Shown one piece after another: positions 18,230 to 26,118 of a stretch of DNA of 64,000 bases. This stretch comes from an uncultured Nitrospiraceae bacterium (GTDB lineage: Bacteria; Nitrospirota; Thermodesulfovibrionia; Thermodesulfovibrionales; Dissulfurispiraceae): positions 384,001 through 448,000 of the forward strand of contig CAVPIW010000006.1 in assembly GCA_963705105.1 (NCBI GenBank). Direction: 5' to 3'. The notes under the pieces are model-generated. The model made no database searches, was not told the origin of the DNA, and saw nothing but the letters and a program-made list of their open reading frames with translations. Each line of letters starts with the position of its first letter. Position 1 is the stretch's first letter. Made by a program: the position numbers and the translations under genes.

Positions 18230-19294
18230 ATGGAATACAATATCGAGACAGAGGAAGACTTACGGCAACTAATCGGCCAATACGAATCTGTACGGTTGGA
18301 CTTCAAGGCGTCAGCCCTTCTCGAACAGCCGACAGAGCGAATCATCAAGCAGCTTACCGAGGATGTCTCCGCCTTTGCGAACACGGAAGGAGGTATCGTC
18401 GTCATCGGCCTGAGTGAGGGGAAAAGGGGCAAGAAAAGCGTTGCTGTTGAAATAGATGAAGGCGTTGACCCCATTAGTGTCCAGCCAGAGTGGCTTGAAC
18501 AAATCATCGCCTCGAATATTAGCCCCCCTATTCCCGGCCTGACAGTTCGCCCCATCCCCCTGTCCGGTAATAAAGCGGGACGAGTAGCCTACGTGGTAAC
18601 AGTCCCCAAAGGTGTTACTGCATATCAGGCAAGACATTCTCTACTATATTACGGGCGTACTGAGTTCACGGCAGTGCCTCTCCACGATAATGTCATCCGT
18701 CTTCTTATGGCGCGTGGCCGTCTTCCTCAAGTCCGCGTAGAAATCTGTAACGTGCAGATCTTGACAGCAGACCAGGAATGGGAAGAAAGACAGGCCAAGC
18801 TCGCAGAGACAGCAAAGAGGAGAAGCGCGGGAGAAGTTATGATCTACCGTCGTGGTGTGCCGTCCTATAAGGACCTTACTGCTGCAAAACGGGACTATGA
18901 TTGGCTTTCTTTTCGCCTTGCTCTCATCAATACTGGTGACGTCACCATACGTGACCTTGCATTGTCTGTAGCCTTTACAGTAAGTTCTGAGGTCTATCGT
19001 GTCAACATGCCCCTGTCTGCCACTGAGGTTAGGTTCCGCTTTGCTGAGGGTCTGCGGAAGAGTTCATTTGGAGGTGAAGAGCACTCGCCACCCGAAAGGA
19101 AGCTTTTTCCTGGCGATCGAGTTGTCTTTCCAGACCAAGACTGGATCATTCATATGCAGGCAGGAACGCCAGTGGAAAAGCATGGGGTACGTCTGCACTG
19201 GACTGCCTATCTCGACGACACTCCACCGTGTTTTGGCGATATTGACGTGACCGAGCATTTCCAGCGAGACGCAAAAAAGCCGCAGGCTGAATAA
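18230..19294 (+). CDS. Schlafen/AlbA_2-domain protein with beta-rich C-terminal domain
   Basis: ESVRLDFKAS, DVSAFANTEGGIVVIGLSE, YYGRT motifs. Confidence 0.8.
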   Translation: MEYNIETEEDLRQLIGQYESVRLDFKASALLEQPTERIIKQLTEDVSAFANTEGGIVVIGLSEGKRGKKSVAVEIDEGVDPISVQPEWLEQIIASNISPPIPGLTVRPIPLSGNKAGRVAYVVTVPKGVTAYQARHSLLYYGRTEFTAVPLHDNVIRLLMARGRLPQVRVEICNVQILTADQEWEERQAKLAETAKRRSAGEVMIYRRGVPSYKDLTAAKRDYDWLSFRLALINTGDVTIRDLALSVAFTVSSEVYRVNMPLSATEVRFRFAEGLRKSSFGGEEHSPPERKLFPGDRVVFPDQDWIIHMQAGTPVEKHGVRLHWTAYLDDTPPCFGDIDVTEHFQRDAKKPQAE

Positions 19295-19475
19295 ACTGAA
19301 CTCGCTTCGCTCGATGCGACTCCACGGGGTATTTACCCCGTGGGTCGGCAAGGGTCTTCGCTTCGCTCCGACGCCCTGCACCCCACAATGCACCAAATTG
19401 AGTCAGGAGCAAGACCGACAGCGGCATCAATAATCCAAAAAGGCCACCCAGGTTGCTGGAGAGTGTGAGAAGATT

Positions 19476-19889
19476 TTGAGTTCTCCCGTGTTCAATGTGA
19501 ACTTTGGGCAGTTCTTTGAATTCAACTGCGTAGACTGTGGCACGCACATAAAAAGGCGTGTTGGAAGCTTTTCTAAAGAACAGGGGGTAGTTTGCCCAAA
19601 TTCGAAATGCCGCGCAACGTATGACGTTGAAACCGAAGGTGGCAAGGAAGTTCAGTTCAGTCTCAGACAGTCGAAATACACATGCCTGCCCCCCTGTGGC
19701 ACAGAGAATTGGGTTGGAACCCACCGTGTCCTGCCCGGAAACGTATTCGAGTGCGTCCAGTGCGGGGGAAAGGCGATGGTTGTGCAGCATATGAAACTTG
19801 TCATGCAAGCCGATGAGAAGCCAGCGTCTGGCGTGCTAAAACAACAGGGGAGTAGCGGATCTTGTGAACCTCCCACAAGTAGTACTTAA
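19476..19889 (+). CDS. Cys-rich zinc-ribbon hypothetical protein (possibly a 3' fragment)
   Basis: CVDC, CPNSKC, CLPPC, CVQC; weak TTG start. Confidence 0.5.
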   Translation: MSSPVFNVNFGQFFEFNCVDCGTHIKRRVGSFSKEQGVVCPNSKCRATYDVETEGGKEVQFSLRQSKYTCLPPCGTENWVGTHRVLPGNVFECVQCGGKAMVVQHMKLVMQADEKPASGVLKQQGSSGSCEPPTSST

Positions 19890-19922
19890 AACGTAGTCAC
19901 TCTCAAGAAGAAAACAATCTTT

Positions 19923-20163
19923 GAGTTCGTCGGAACCCCATGGGATCGATAGTTTGAAAAAGATGCTTTATCGGGAAAGCTTGACTCATTCGCCGAAACA
20001 GCGATCAAAGCGTTTAAGTCCGGTCGCTGCTCCGAAATTGAAACATTTTGCCTCGACGGAGTTTTGGGAACTCTATGGGTCTTTGCCACAATCTGTCCAG
20101 GACCTCGCAGACGAATGTTACTCATTACTAAGAAATGATCCTCATCAGCCCTTCAATGGGTGA
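19923..20163 (+). pseudogene. degraded antitoxin plus truncated RelE/ParE-like toxin
   Basis: WDR*FEKDALSGKLD (internal TAG); toxin MKHFASTEFW...LLRNDPH ends early. Confidence 0.6.
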
Positions 20164-20271
20164 CTGGCGCAGCGCGAGATGCTGATGCCGAATGCAATGA
20201 AAACACGGGTGCAGTGAGGAGCAGAGAGCCGCTTTGTTGATGGTAGAAAAAGGTTTCTACCAAATGAGGTT

Positions 20272-20732
20272 TTATTGACGCGTGCCTCGGTGCCTCAGGT
20301 TATTAAATGGACCAACATTCCTTAAGCCAAAGTCGGGTTGATAGGCTCCGTTTCGAGCATAAGGTGCTCCATTTCCTAGCTCTGAATAATACAAGTGTCC
20401 CATCTCACTGCTTGTGACGTTATATCCAAAGGTTGACATGCCAGAATAGTTATATAAATCATATGACCATGTACCATCTACAGTTTTGGGTAGCCGCCAA
20501 CCGCTAATATTCTGTTCATTAATGTTGACTGTAAAGAGTTTACCCAATTTATTTGTTCCTGAAATGTGACCTGTGAAGACGTATAGTCATACCATGTAAT
20601 GTTTAGGTCAGAATCATAAATCAGCCGATTACCTATCGAATCCGTTCCAGTAATTATCAATGAGGCAAGCGACTGAAATGCAAAACCGAAAACTATCAGA
20701 ATTGTAACAATAAATAGCCAAATTCTTTTCAT
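20272..20732 (-). pseudogene. secreted DUF1566/Lcl-like protein, frameshifted and truncated
   Basis: Signal peptide and LIYDSDLNITW in one frame; GWRLP...SEMGHLYYSELGN...GPFNNL in another; AT-rich. Confidence 0.65.
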
Positions 20733-20840
20733 TACTTCATTCTCTCTTTCTCAAGTAATGCATCGCCGGAGGGCTCGCTGACTTCAGCCTCCGCGTTCTT
20801 AAGGTCAGTATAGCACACTCAGAGGTCAAGAGGAAGATGC

Positions 20841-22240
20841 CGAATTGCCTCATCTAAAATCACGTCGAAATCGATTCGTTGCCTCAATTAGGAATCACGT
20901 CGAAATATTTTTCCTATGGACCCATACTGACCGGAAAAGACACTCCGGGAGGGGCCATGGGGCTAACGGCAAAAGAGAAACAATCTGCGATAAGAATAAC
21001 TGCACCGCGGTATCAGAGGGCATCCAAGAAGCAGAAAGGAGTCATTCTTGATGAGTTTATCGCTCTGACCGGCTATGAGCGTGATTATGCTGCCTCTGTG
21101 CTCCGAATGCACGGTAAGAAGCTTTATATCAGCAAACGTAGGGTGCTGGTGGGCGACATTGCAAAAACTGGCCGGAAAACCCGTAAGGGTATTTATGACA
21201 ACGTCGTAGTAACCGCACTTATCGTAATCTGGCATATCATGGATTGCATATGCGGGAAGCGCCTTGCGCCGATGCTCAAAGATATAGTCCCGCTCCTGGA
21301 AAAGCACCACGAGCTTCGACTTGATGAGAAGACTCGCGAGAAACTCATACGCATCAGTGCAGCCACCATTGACCGTCTCCTTAAGCCCGAAAGAAAGAAG
21401 TATGCGATCAAAGGACGATCCCTCACAAAGCCGGGAACAATGCTCAAACACCAGATTCCGATTAGAACCTTCGCTCAATGGGATGACAAGACGCCTGGCT
21501 TTGTCGAGATAGATCTTGTCGGGCACGACGGCGGCGATCCCAGTGGCGAGTTTGCCCAGACGCTCAATGTTACAGACATCGCCACAGGATGGACTGAAGC
21601 CCAGGCTGTCAGAAATAAAGCTCAACGATGGGTCTTTGAAGCGCTCACAGATATACGTGCTCGACTTCCTTTCGCCCTGTTGGGCATCGACTCCGACAAT
21701 GGGGCTGAATTCATCAACGACCAACTCTACCGATACTGCAAAGAAGAGAGAATAACCTTCACCCGAGCTCGCAGTTCAAGGAAGAACGATAATTGCTTCG
21801 TCGAGCAGAAAAACTATTCCGTTATCAGAAGAGCGGTTGGTTACATGAGACATGACACCCCAGAGGAACTGGTGCTCCTGAACGAGCTCTACGGCTTCTT
21901 GCGGCTCTACAGCAACTTCTTCCAGCCGGTCATGAAACTGATTGAGAAGACCAGAATCGGCAGCAAAGGGAGGAAGAAGTATGACAAGGCCCAGACACCG
22001 TATCACCGGGTTTTTGCGTATCCCGGCACGACTAAGGAATGCAAGAAGCAACTCCGCAGCCAATACCGAAAACTCAACCCGGCGGAACTGAAACGCGAGA
22101 TCGAAAACCTCCAAAATCGCCTGTTCCAGATCGCCTCGGACAAACACCCAAAAACCCCCAAAAAGTGAAACCCTTTCGACGTGATTTTAGATGAGGCAAC
22201 GAATACCCCGTTGGACGTGATTTTTATGTGAGGCAATGCG
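20841..22240 (+). mobile_element. insertion sequence (rve/DDE transposase, ISNCY/IS481-like) with doubled terminal repeats and a 5-bp target duplication
   Basis: TTGCCTCATCTAAAATCACGTCGAAA at 20845-20870 is the exact inverse of 22174-22199; second copies at 20879-20905 and 22211-22236; GATGC at 20836-20840 and 22241-22245. Confidence 0.85.
20957..22168 (+). CDS. DDE transposase (integrase core)
   Basis: EIDLVGH, GIDSDNGAEFIN, NDNCFVEQKN (D-D-E). Confidence 0.9.
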   Translation: MGLTAKEKQSAIRITAPRYQRASKKQKGVILDEFIALTGYERDYAASVLRMHGKKLYISKRRVLVGDIAKTGRKTRKGIYDNVVVTALIVIWHIMDCICGKRLAPMLKDIVPLLEKHHELRLDEKTREKLIRISAATIDRLLKPERKKYAIKGRSLTKPGTMLKHQIPIRTFAQWDDKTPGFVEIDLVGHDGGDPSGEFAQTLNVTDIATGWTEAQAVRNKAQRWVFEALTDIRARLPFALLGIDSDNGAEFINDQLYRYCKEERITFTRARSSRKNDNCFVEQKNYSVIRRAVGYMRHDTPEELVLLNELYGFLRLYSNFFQPVMKLIEKTRIGSKGRKKYDKAQTPYHRVFAYPGTTKECKKQLRSQYRKLNPAELKREIENLQNRLFQIASDKHPKTPKK

Positions 22241-22316
22241 GATGCCTGCAACTGAGGGGGAGAAGACTTTCAACTTCGATGCCCGAAAAATCTTTGTTCA
22301 TCGGAAAGAGGAGAAG

Positions 22317-22806
22317 TCAGGGCATGCGCCACTGCTTCCAGTAACACATGCGTATGTGACACCTTGGCCGGTGATGCATCTCGACGGCATCGTTGTACTT
22401 CAAGCCGCTACCGAAGTAGTTGATCCCCCCTTGGAGATAGGTACGAATCTCCCCGTGTCGGCGAGCTATCGAGGTACAGCCATCTCTGAATTGTGCTCTT
22501 GAGTCATCCATCGCATGACGCGCAGATCTCTCCGGATAAGGCTTGTCCCGGCATAGACCGAAAACGTGTGAACTTTCCGTGCACAACCGCCGTATTTACC
22601 CTATCCCCTGAACCTGCGTGTTTTGTTGTGTTGTGCCCACTCGCCCGGAGACTGAGCCTTGTATGCGGTTTCTGTTCCCCGGATCACGTCCGGGGTAGGC
22701 TCTTGCCTTCGGCTCGCACTTGTGATAGCATCCATTAGTATGAACACTCTCAGATTCTCTTACAGGGGACTTGCACCCCATAAGCTCACGCCCGTGCCGG
22801 GCATAC
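22317..22806 (-). mobile_element. group IIC intron remnant (5' RNA domain I plus maturase fragment)
   Basis: 5' end GTATGCCCGGCACGGGCGTGA...GGGGTGCAAGTCCCC; GTAAATACGGCGGTTGTGC; maturase-like GINYFG...IRMCYWKQW. Confidence 0.75.
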
Positions 22807-22867
22807 ACCTGACGCTTCAAGGGATCGACCGGAACTGCAGTGCTCCCCTTGAGCTTGGGCGTTCGGC
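22807..22867 (+). other. integron attC recombination site, interrupted at R'' by the intron
   Basis: AC-CTGAC-GCTTCAAGGG...CCCTTGAGC-TTGGGC-GTTCGGC; the L boxes pair with one extra base. Confidence 0.7.
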
Positions 22868-22902
22868 ATGTGACCACGATACCGATCATCGAGAGAGGTG
22901 AC

Positions 22903-23172
22903 ATGGGAAGATATGAGAAATTGTTGTTCCAGGTTCTGAGGGGCACATCAGATGAGAATATCGCCTTTGACGATCTGCGCAGGCTGCTGTTAAGGTTGGG
23001 TTTTGAAGAACGCAGGCGGGGAAGTCATCATACCTTCAGAAAAGCAGGGATTGAGGAAAAGATCAACCTGCAACGGGATGATGGTAAAGCAAAGGCGTAT
23101 CAGGTACGCCAGGTGCGGGCAGTGATGTTAAAATATAAGCTCGGAGGTGAACTCGAAGATGCAGAAGTATGA
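22903..23172 (+). CDS. hicA: HicA toxin
   Basis: LGFEERRRGSHHTF, KAKAYQVRQV. Confidence 0.9.
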   Translation: MGRYEKLLFQVLRGTSDENIAFDDLRRLLLRLGFEERRRGSHHTFRKAGIEEKINLQRDDGKAKAYQVRQVRAVMLKYKLGGELEDAEV

Positions 23173-23371
23173 AATCATTATCTACTGGAGCAATGAAGAT
23201 CAGGTGTTCGTGGCTGAAGCCCCGGAGCTTCCCGGCTGTATGGCTCATGGAGACACTGAGGAATTGGCGCTCAAGAATATTAAGGATGCCATCCAATTAT
23301 GGATTGACACAGCCAGGGAATTTGGCGATCCTGTGCCTGAGCCGAAAGGGCGTCGCCTCATGTATGCATGA
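23159..23371 (+). CDS. hicB: HicB antitoxin
   Basis: YEIIIYWSNED..FVAEAPELPGCMAHG...PVPEP. Confidence 0.9.
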   Translation: MQKYEIIIYWSNEDQVFVAEAPELPGCMAHGDTEELALKNIKDAIQLWIDTAREFGDPVPEPKGRRLMYA

Positions 23372-23385
23372 ATGTGAATGGCTGA

Positions 23386-23440
23386 ATCGGGTGTAAGGGA
23401 AAACGGTAGCTAACCGTCCCTCCCCACACCACCTACGCGG
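23386..23440 (-). mobile_element. group II intron 3' end remnant (DV end and DVI)
   Basis: Minus strand reads GGTGGTGTGGGGAGGGACGGTTAGCTACCGT...CCCTTACACCCGAT, abutting GCTGA (R'' of the hicAB cassette). Confidence 0.65.
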
Positions 23441-23444
23441 ACAT

Positions 23445-23797
23445 CGATAGTTCCGACACTGAGGAAGCAACGGCGCGTGAGAGGAGACACTATGAAGAAG
23501 GCTAAGACCTGAGGGCCGACGACAATAGACGAGATGAGAGGAGAATATGACTTTTCTTCCATAAAGGGCGGCGTGCGGGGCAAGTACTATGAAGCATATC
23601 GAGGGGCCATAAGGTCGTCATATACAAAGAAGACGGCACGGACTCCGTTCAATACTTTAAACTCGAAGACGGCGCAGTCATGCTGGAGCCGGACGTAAGG
23701 AAGTACTTCCCCACTTCTGACGCGGTTAATAAGGCCCTCAGATTATTGATCGAGATTGTTCCGGCAAGGAAGCGTGTATCCGGCCATCGGAAATGAC
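23445..23797 (+). pseudogene. BrnT/BrnA-like toxin-antitoxin remnant
   Basis: ATARERRHYEEG* toxin tail; DEMRGEYDFS..GGVRGKY antitoxin with a stop and a frameshift near 23603. Confidence 0.65.
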
Positions 23798-23888
23798 ACG
23801 ACCGCATAATCATCCATGCACCGGAGCGACATGAATCTGCTCCTGAGCGTATCGGGAAACTTAATCCACAATTCAAGACCTTGGCACC
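23604..23888 (+). repeat. ~275-bp direct repeat, copy 2
   Basis: Matches 17916-18191. Confidence 0.9.
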
Positions 23889-24074
23889 CCTGTTGACATC
23901 TACACAGTGAGCAAGGCATCGGCAAGACTGCGTGAAGAAATGGAAAAAGAAACAAAGAACTGTCAGAACGCGTCGGGCACATTGATTCACAATTCAAGAC
24001 CGGACACTTTTATGTAAACAGTCGCCGGCTGAAGAATAATGTTCGCTTCAAATCAATAGGAAAGGAAGTAGTCT

Positions 24075-24287
24075 ATGCCTCTCAATCTATCAGAAATGAC
24101 CACCGCAGAAAAACTCAAGGCAATGGAAATGCTCTGGGATGATATTTGCCGGAGTACTCCCGATCTCTTGTCACCTTCTTGGCATGAAGATGTTTTGAAG
24201 GAAAGAGAACAGAGAATAAGGGAAGGAAAAGACGAGTTTGTGGACTGGGATCAAGCCAAGAAAGACATCCGGGATTCAATCCCGTGA
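24075..24287 (+). CDS. addiction-module antitoxin
   Basis: MTTAEKLKAMEMLWDD, SPSWHEDVL, WDQAK. Confidence 0.85.
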   Translation: MPLNLSEMTTAEKLKAMEMLWDDICRSTPDLLSPSWHEDVLKEREQRIREGKDEFVDWDQAKKDIRDSIP

Positions 24288-24576
24288 AGGTTAAGATTCT
24301 TGAATCTGCGAAGCAGGATTTGAGGGAATGCTTCGATTTTTATGAGTCACTTGGAACCGGCATAGTTAGCTATTTCCTGGAGTCCCTGTTTTCTGATATC
24401 GAGTCGCTCCGGTTGTTTGCGGGAATACATGGCGTCCATTTTGGGCGGTACCATCGTCTTCTTTCCAAGCGGTTTCCATTTGCCGTCTATTATCGTATCG
24501 AGGAGGATGAGGTAAAGGTCTACGTTGTCTGGACTGCCGAAGAGATCCTGCATGGATAAGAAAACGACTCCAATAA
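24284..24576 (+). pseudogene. RelE/ParE toxin with a frameshift near 24528
   Basis: AKQDL..FYE, KRFPFAVYY; the typical tail LDCRRDPAWIRKRLQ* lies in another frame. Confidence 0.7.
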
Positions 24577-24657
24577 GCGAAAACCTCAGTCCATCCACAG
24601 TATGGGCCACCAGGGTCTCATCGTAAATTATCATTTCAATCTTACAGAGTCCCTGGT

Positions 24658-24817
24658 GTTACGAAAAGGTAACAAAAGAGTCGATCGATCATCATCGGCG
24701 AATCGGCATTCATGGCCCGTTTAGCTGAACAAAAGAAATTGCCGTTACTTTTTCGTAGCAAACCGATTTTTCTTATCTTGATAAATCAACCCCTTTCCGA
24801 GCGGCCTGTAATTTGCT
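24658..24817 (+). promoter_or_regulatory. putative sigma54 promoter with upstream activator sites
   Basis: CGGCCTGTAATTTGCT (GG-N10-GC) at 24802-24817; AATCAACCCCTT IHF-like site; GTTAC-N6-GTAAC at 24658 and an inverted variant at 24744. Confidence 0.55.
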
Positions 24818-24941
24818 AAACTTTATGAGAATCGGCATTTTCTGTGAAATTCAAAACGACAAAGGGTGATTGGCGACAGCGCACCTCACAACAGGTCGCG
24901 CTGACGTTCGTATGGGCGAAATTCCGTAAGGGGGTGAATGC

Positions 24942-25250
24942 ATGAGAGGATTGGTCATCGGTATGCTTGTTTTGTTGCTCGCGGCATCGGTGGTGGGGGC
25001 GAAGGTCGGAGGCGGCGACATCGTTTTCGAAGAAAAGAAGGTTGGAAATGTCACCTTCAGTCATGACAGCCACGTCGGCATGGGCATGAAGTGCACGGAC
25101 TGCCACGATGGGTTGTTCGGTGCGAAGGGTCAGCACAAACATGTGACCATGGCGCAGATGCAGAAGGGGCAGTCCTGCGGCGCCTGTCACGACGCCAAGA
25201 AGGCCTTCGACGTGAAAGCCGACTGCAACAAGTGTCACAAGAAAAAATAG
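24942..25250 (+). CDS. periplasmic c7-type triheme cytochrome c
   Basis: Signal peptide; FSHDSH, CTDCH, MAQMQKGQSCGACH, CNKCH. Confidence 0.9.
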   Translation: MRGLVIGMLVLLLAASVVGAKVGGGDIVFEEKKVGNVTFSHDSHVGMGMKCTDCHDGLFGAKGQHKHVTMAQMQKGQSCGACHDAKKAFDVKADCNKCHKKK

Positions 25251-25262
25251 GGAGGTGAGCCG

Positions 25263-26105
25263 ATGTATCAGGGAAAGGACGAATTGACGGTCATACAGGA
25301 GGACATCCGGCGGGCCCTGGGCAAGCCGCAGACGCGGTGGGCCATGCTCATCGACCTGAGGAGGTGCACCGCCTGCAAGGCCTGCATGGCCGGATGCGTG
25401 GCAGAGCAGAAGAGTCCCGACGGGATCATCTACAGGCCCGTGTATGAGGAGGAGACGGGGACCTTCCCGAAGGTCAGGAGGATGTTCACCCCGAGGCCCT
25501 GCCTGCAGTGCGACAACCCTCCCTGCGTTGCCGCCTGCCCGAACAAGGGCGAGGGCAAGGCGACCTGGAAGAGCACCAAGGGAGAGAGCGCAGGCATCGT
25601 GATGATCAACTACGAGCAGTGCATCGGCTGCGGCCGCTGTGTCGCCGCCTGTCCCTACAAGGCGAGGGCCCTCGATGGAGGCTCGTTTTATACCGAAGGG
25701 ACGCCGAAGATCGAAGCCTATGAGACGTCCCCGACCTGGGAGTACGGCAGAAAGTGGCCCCGTGAAAAGGGTCGGCTTCCCATCGGTGTCGCCAGAAAAT
25801 GCCACTTCTGTGTCCACCGGCTGAAACAGGGTATGGTGCCGATGTGCGTCAGCACCTGCATCTGCAGGGCCAACTATTTCGGAGATCCTGCCGACACAGA
25901 CAGCCTCATCCACAAGGTGATGAAGGACAACAAGACGAAGGTGCTGGCGGCGGTGCTCCCAAAAACGGACATGACCGTCAAGCCCGGCATGTTTAAAGGG
26001 TTGAGCGCTGAAGAGGTGTCGAAAAAGGTCGGCTATCCGGGAACAAACCCCGTTTTCGCCGACATGGCGGACACGAAGCCACGGGTCTATTATATTCTGC
26101 CCTAA
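25263..26105 (+). CDS. ttrB: 4x[4Fe-4S] electron-transfer subunit (TtrB/DmsB/NrfC family)
   Basis: CTACKAC, CLQCDNPPCVAACP, CIGCGRCVAACP, KCHFC...CVSTC. Confidence 0.8.
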   Translation: MYQGKDELTVIQEDIRRALGKPQTRWAMLIDLRRCTACKACMAGCVAEQKSPDGIIYRPVYEEETGTFPKVRRMFTPRPCLQCDNPPCVAACPNKGEGKATWKSTKGESAGIVMINYEQCIGCGRCVAACPYKARALDGGSFYTEGTPKIEAYETSPTWEYGRKWPREKGRLPIGVARKCHFCVHRLKQGMVPMCVSTCICRANYFGDPADTDSLIHKVMKDNKTKVLAAVLPKTDMTVKPGMFKGLSAEEVSKKVGYPGTNPVFADMADTKPRVYYILP

Positions 26106-26118
26106 GGGAGGTGAGACG

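Noticed and set aside
24860..24940. Moco/tungsten or c-di-GMP riboswitch in the reductase leader
   Set aside because: Only one hairpin (CAGCGC..ACCT/AGGT..GCGCTG) is visible and the conserved motif elements could not be matched; an Rfam scan is needed.
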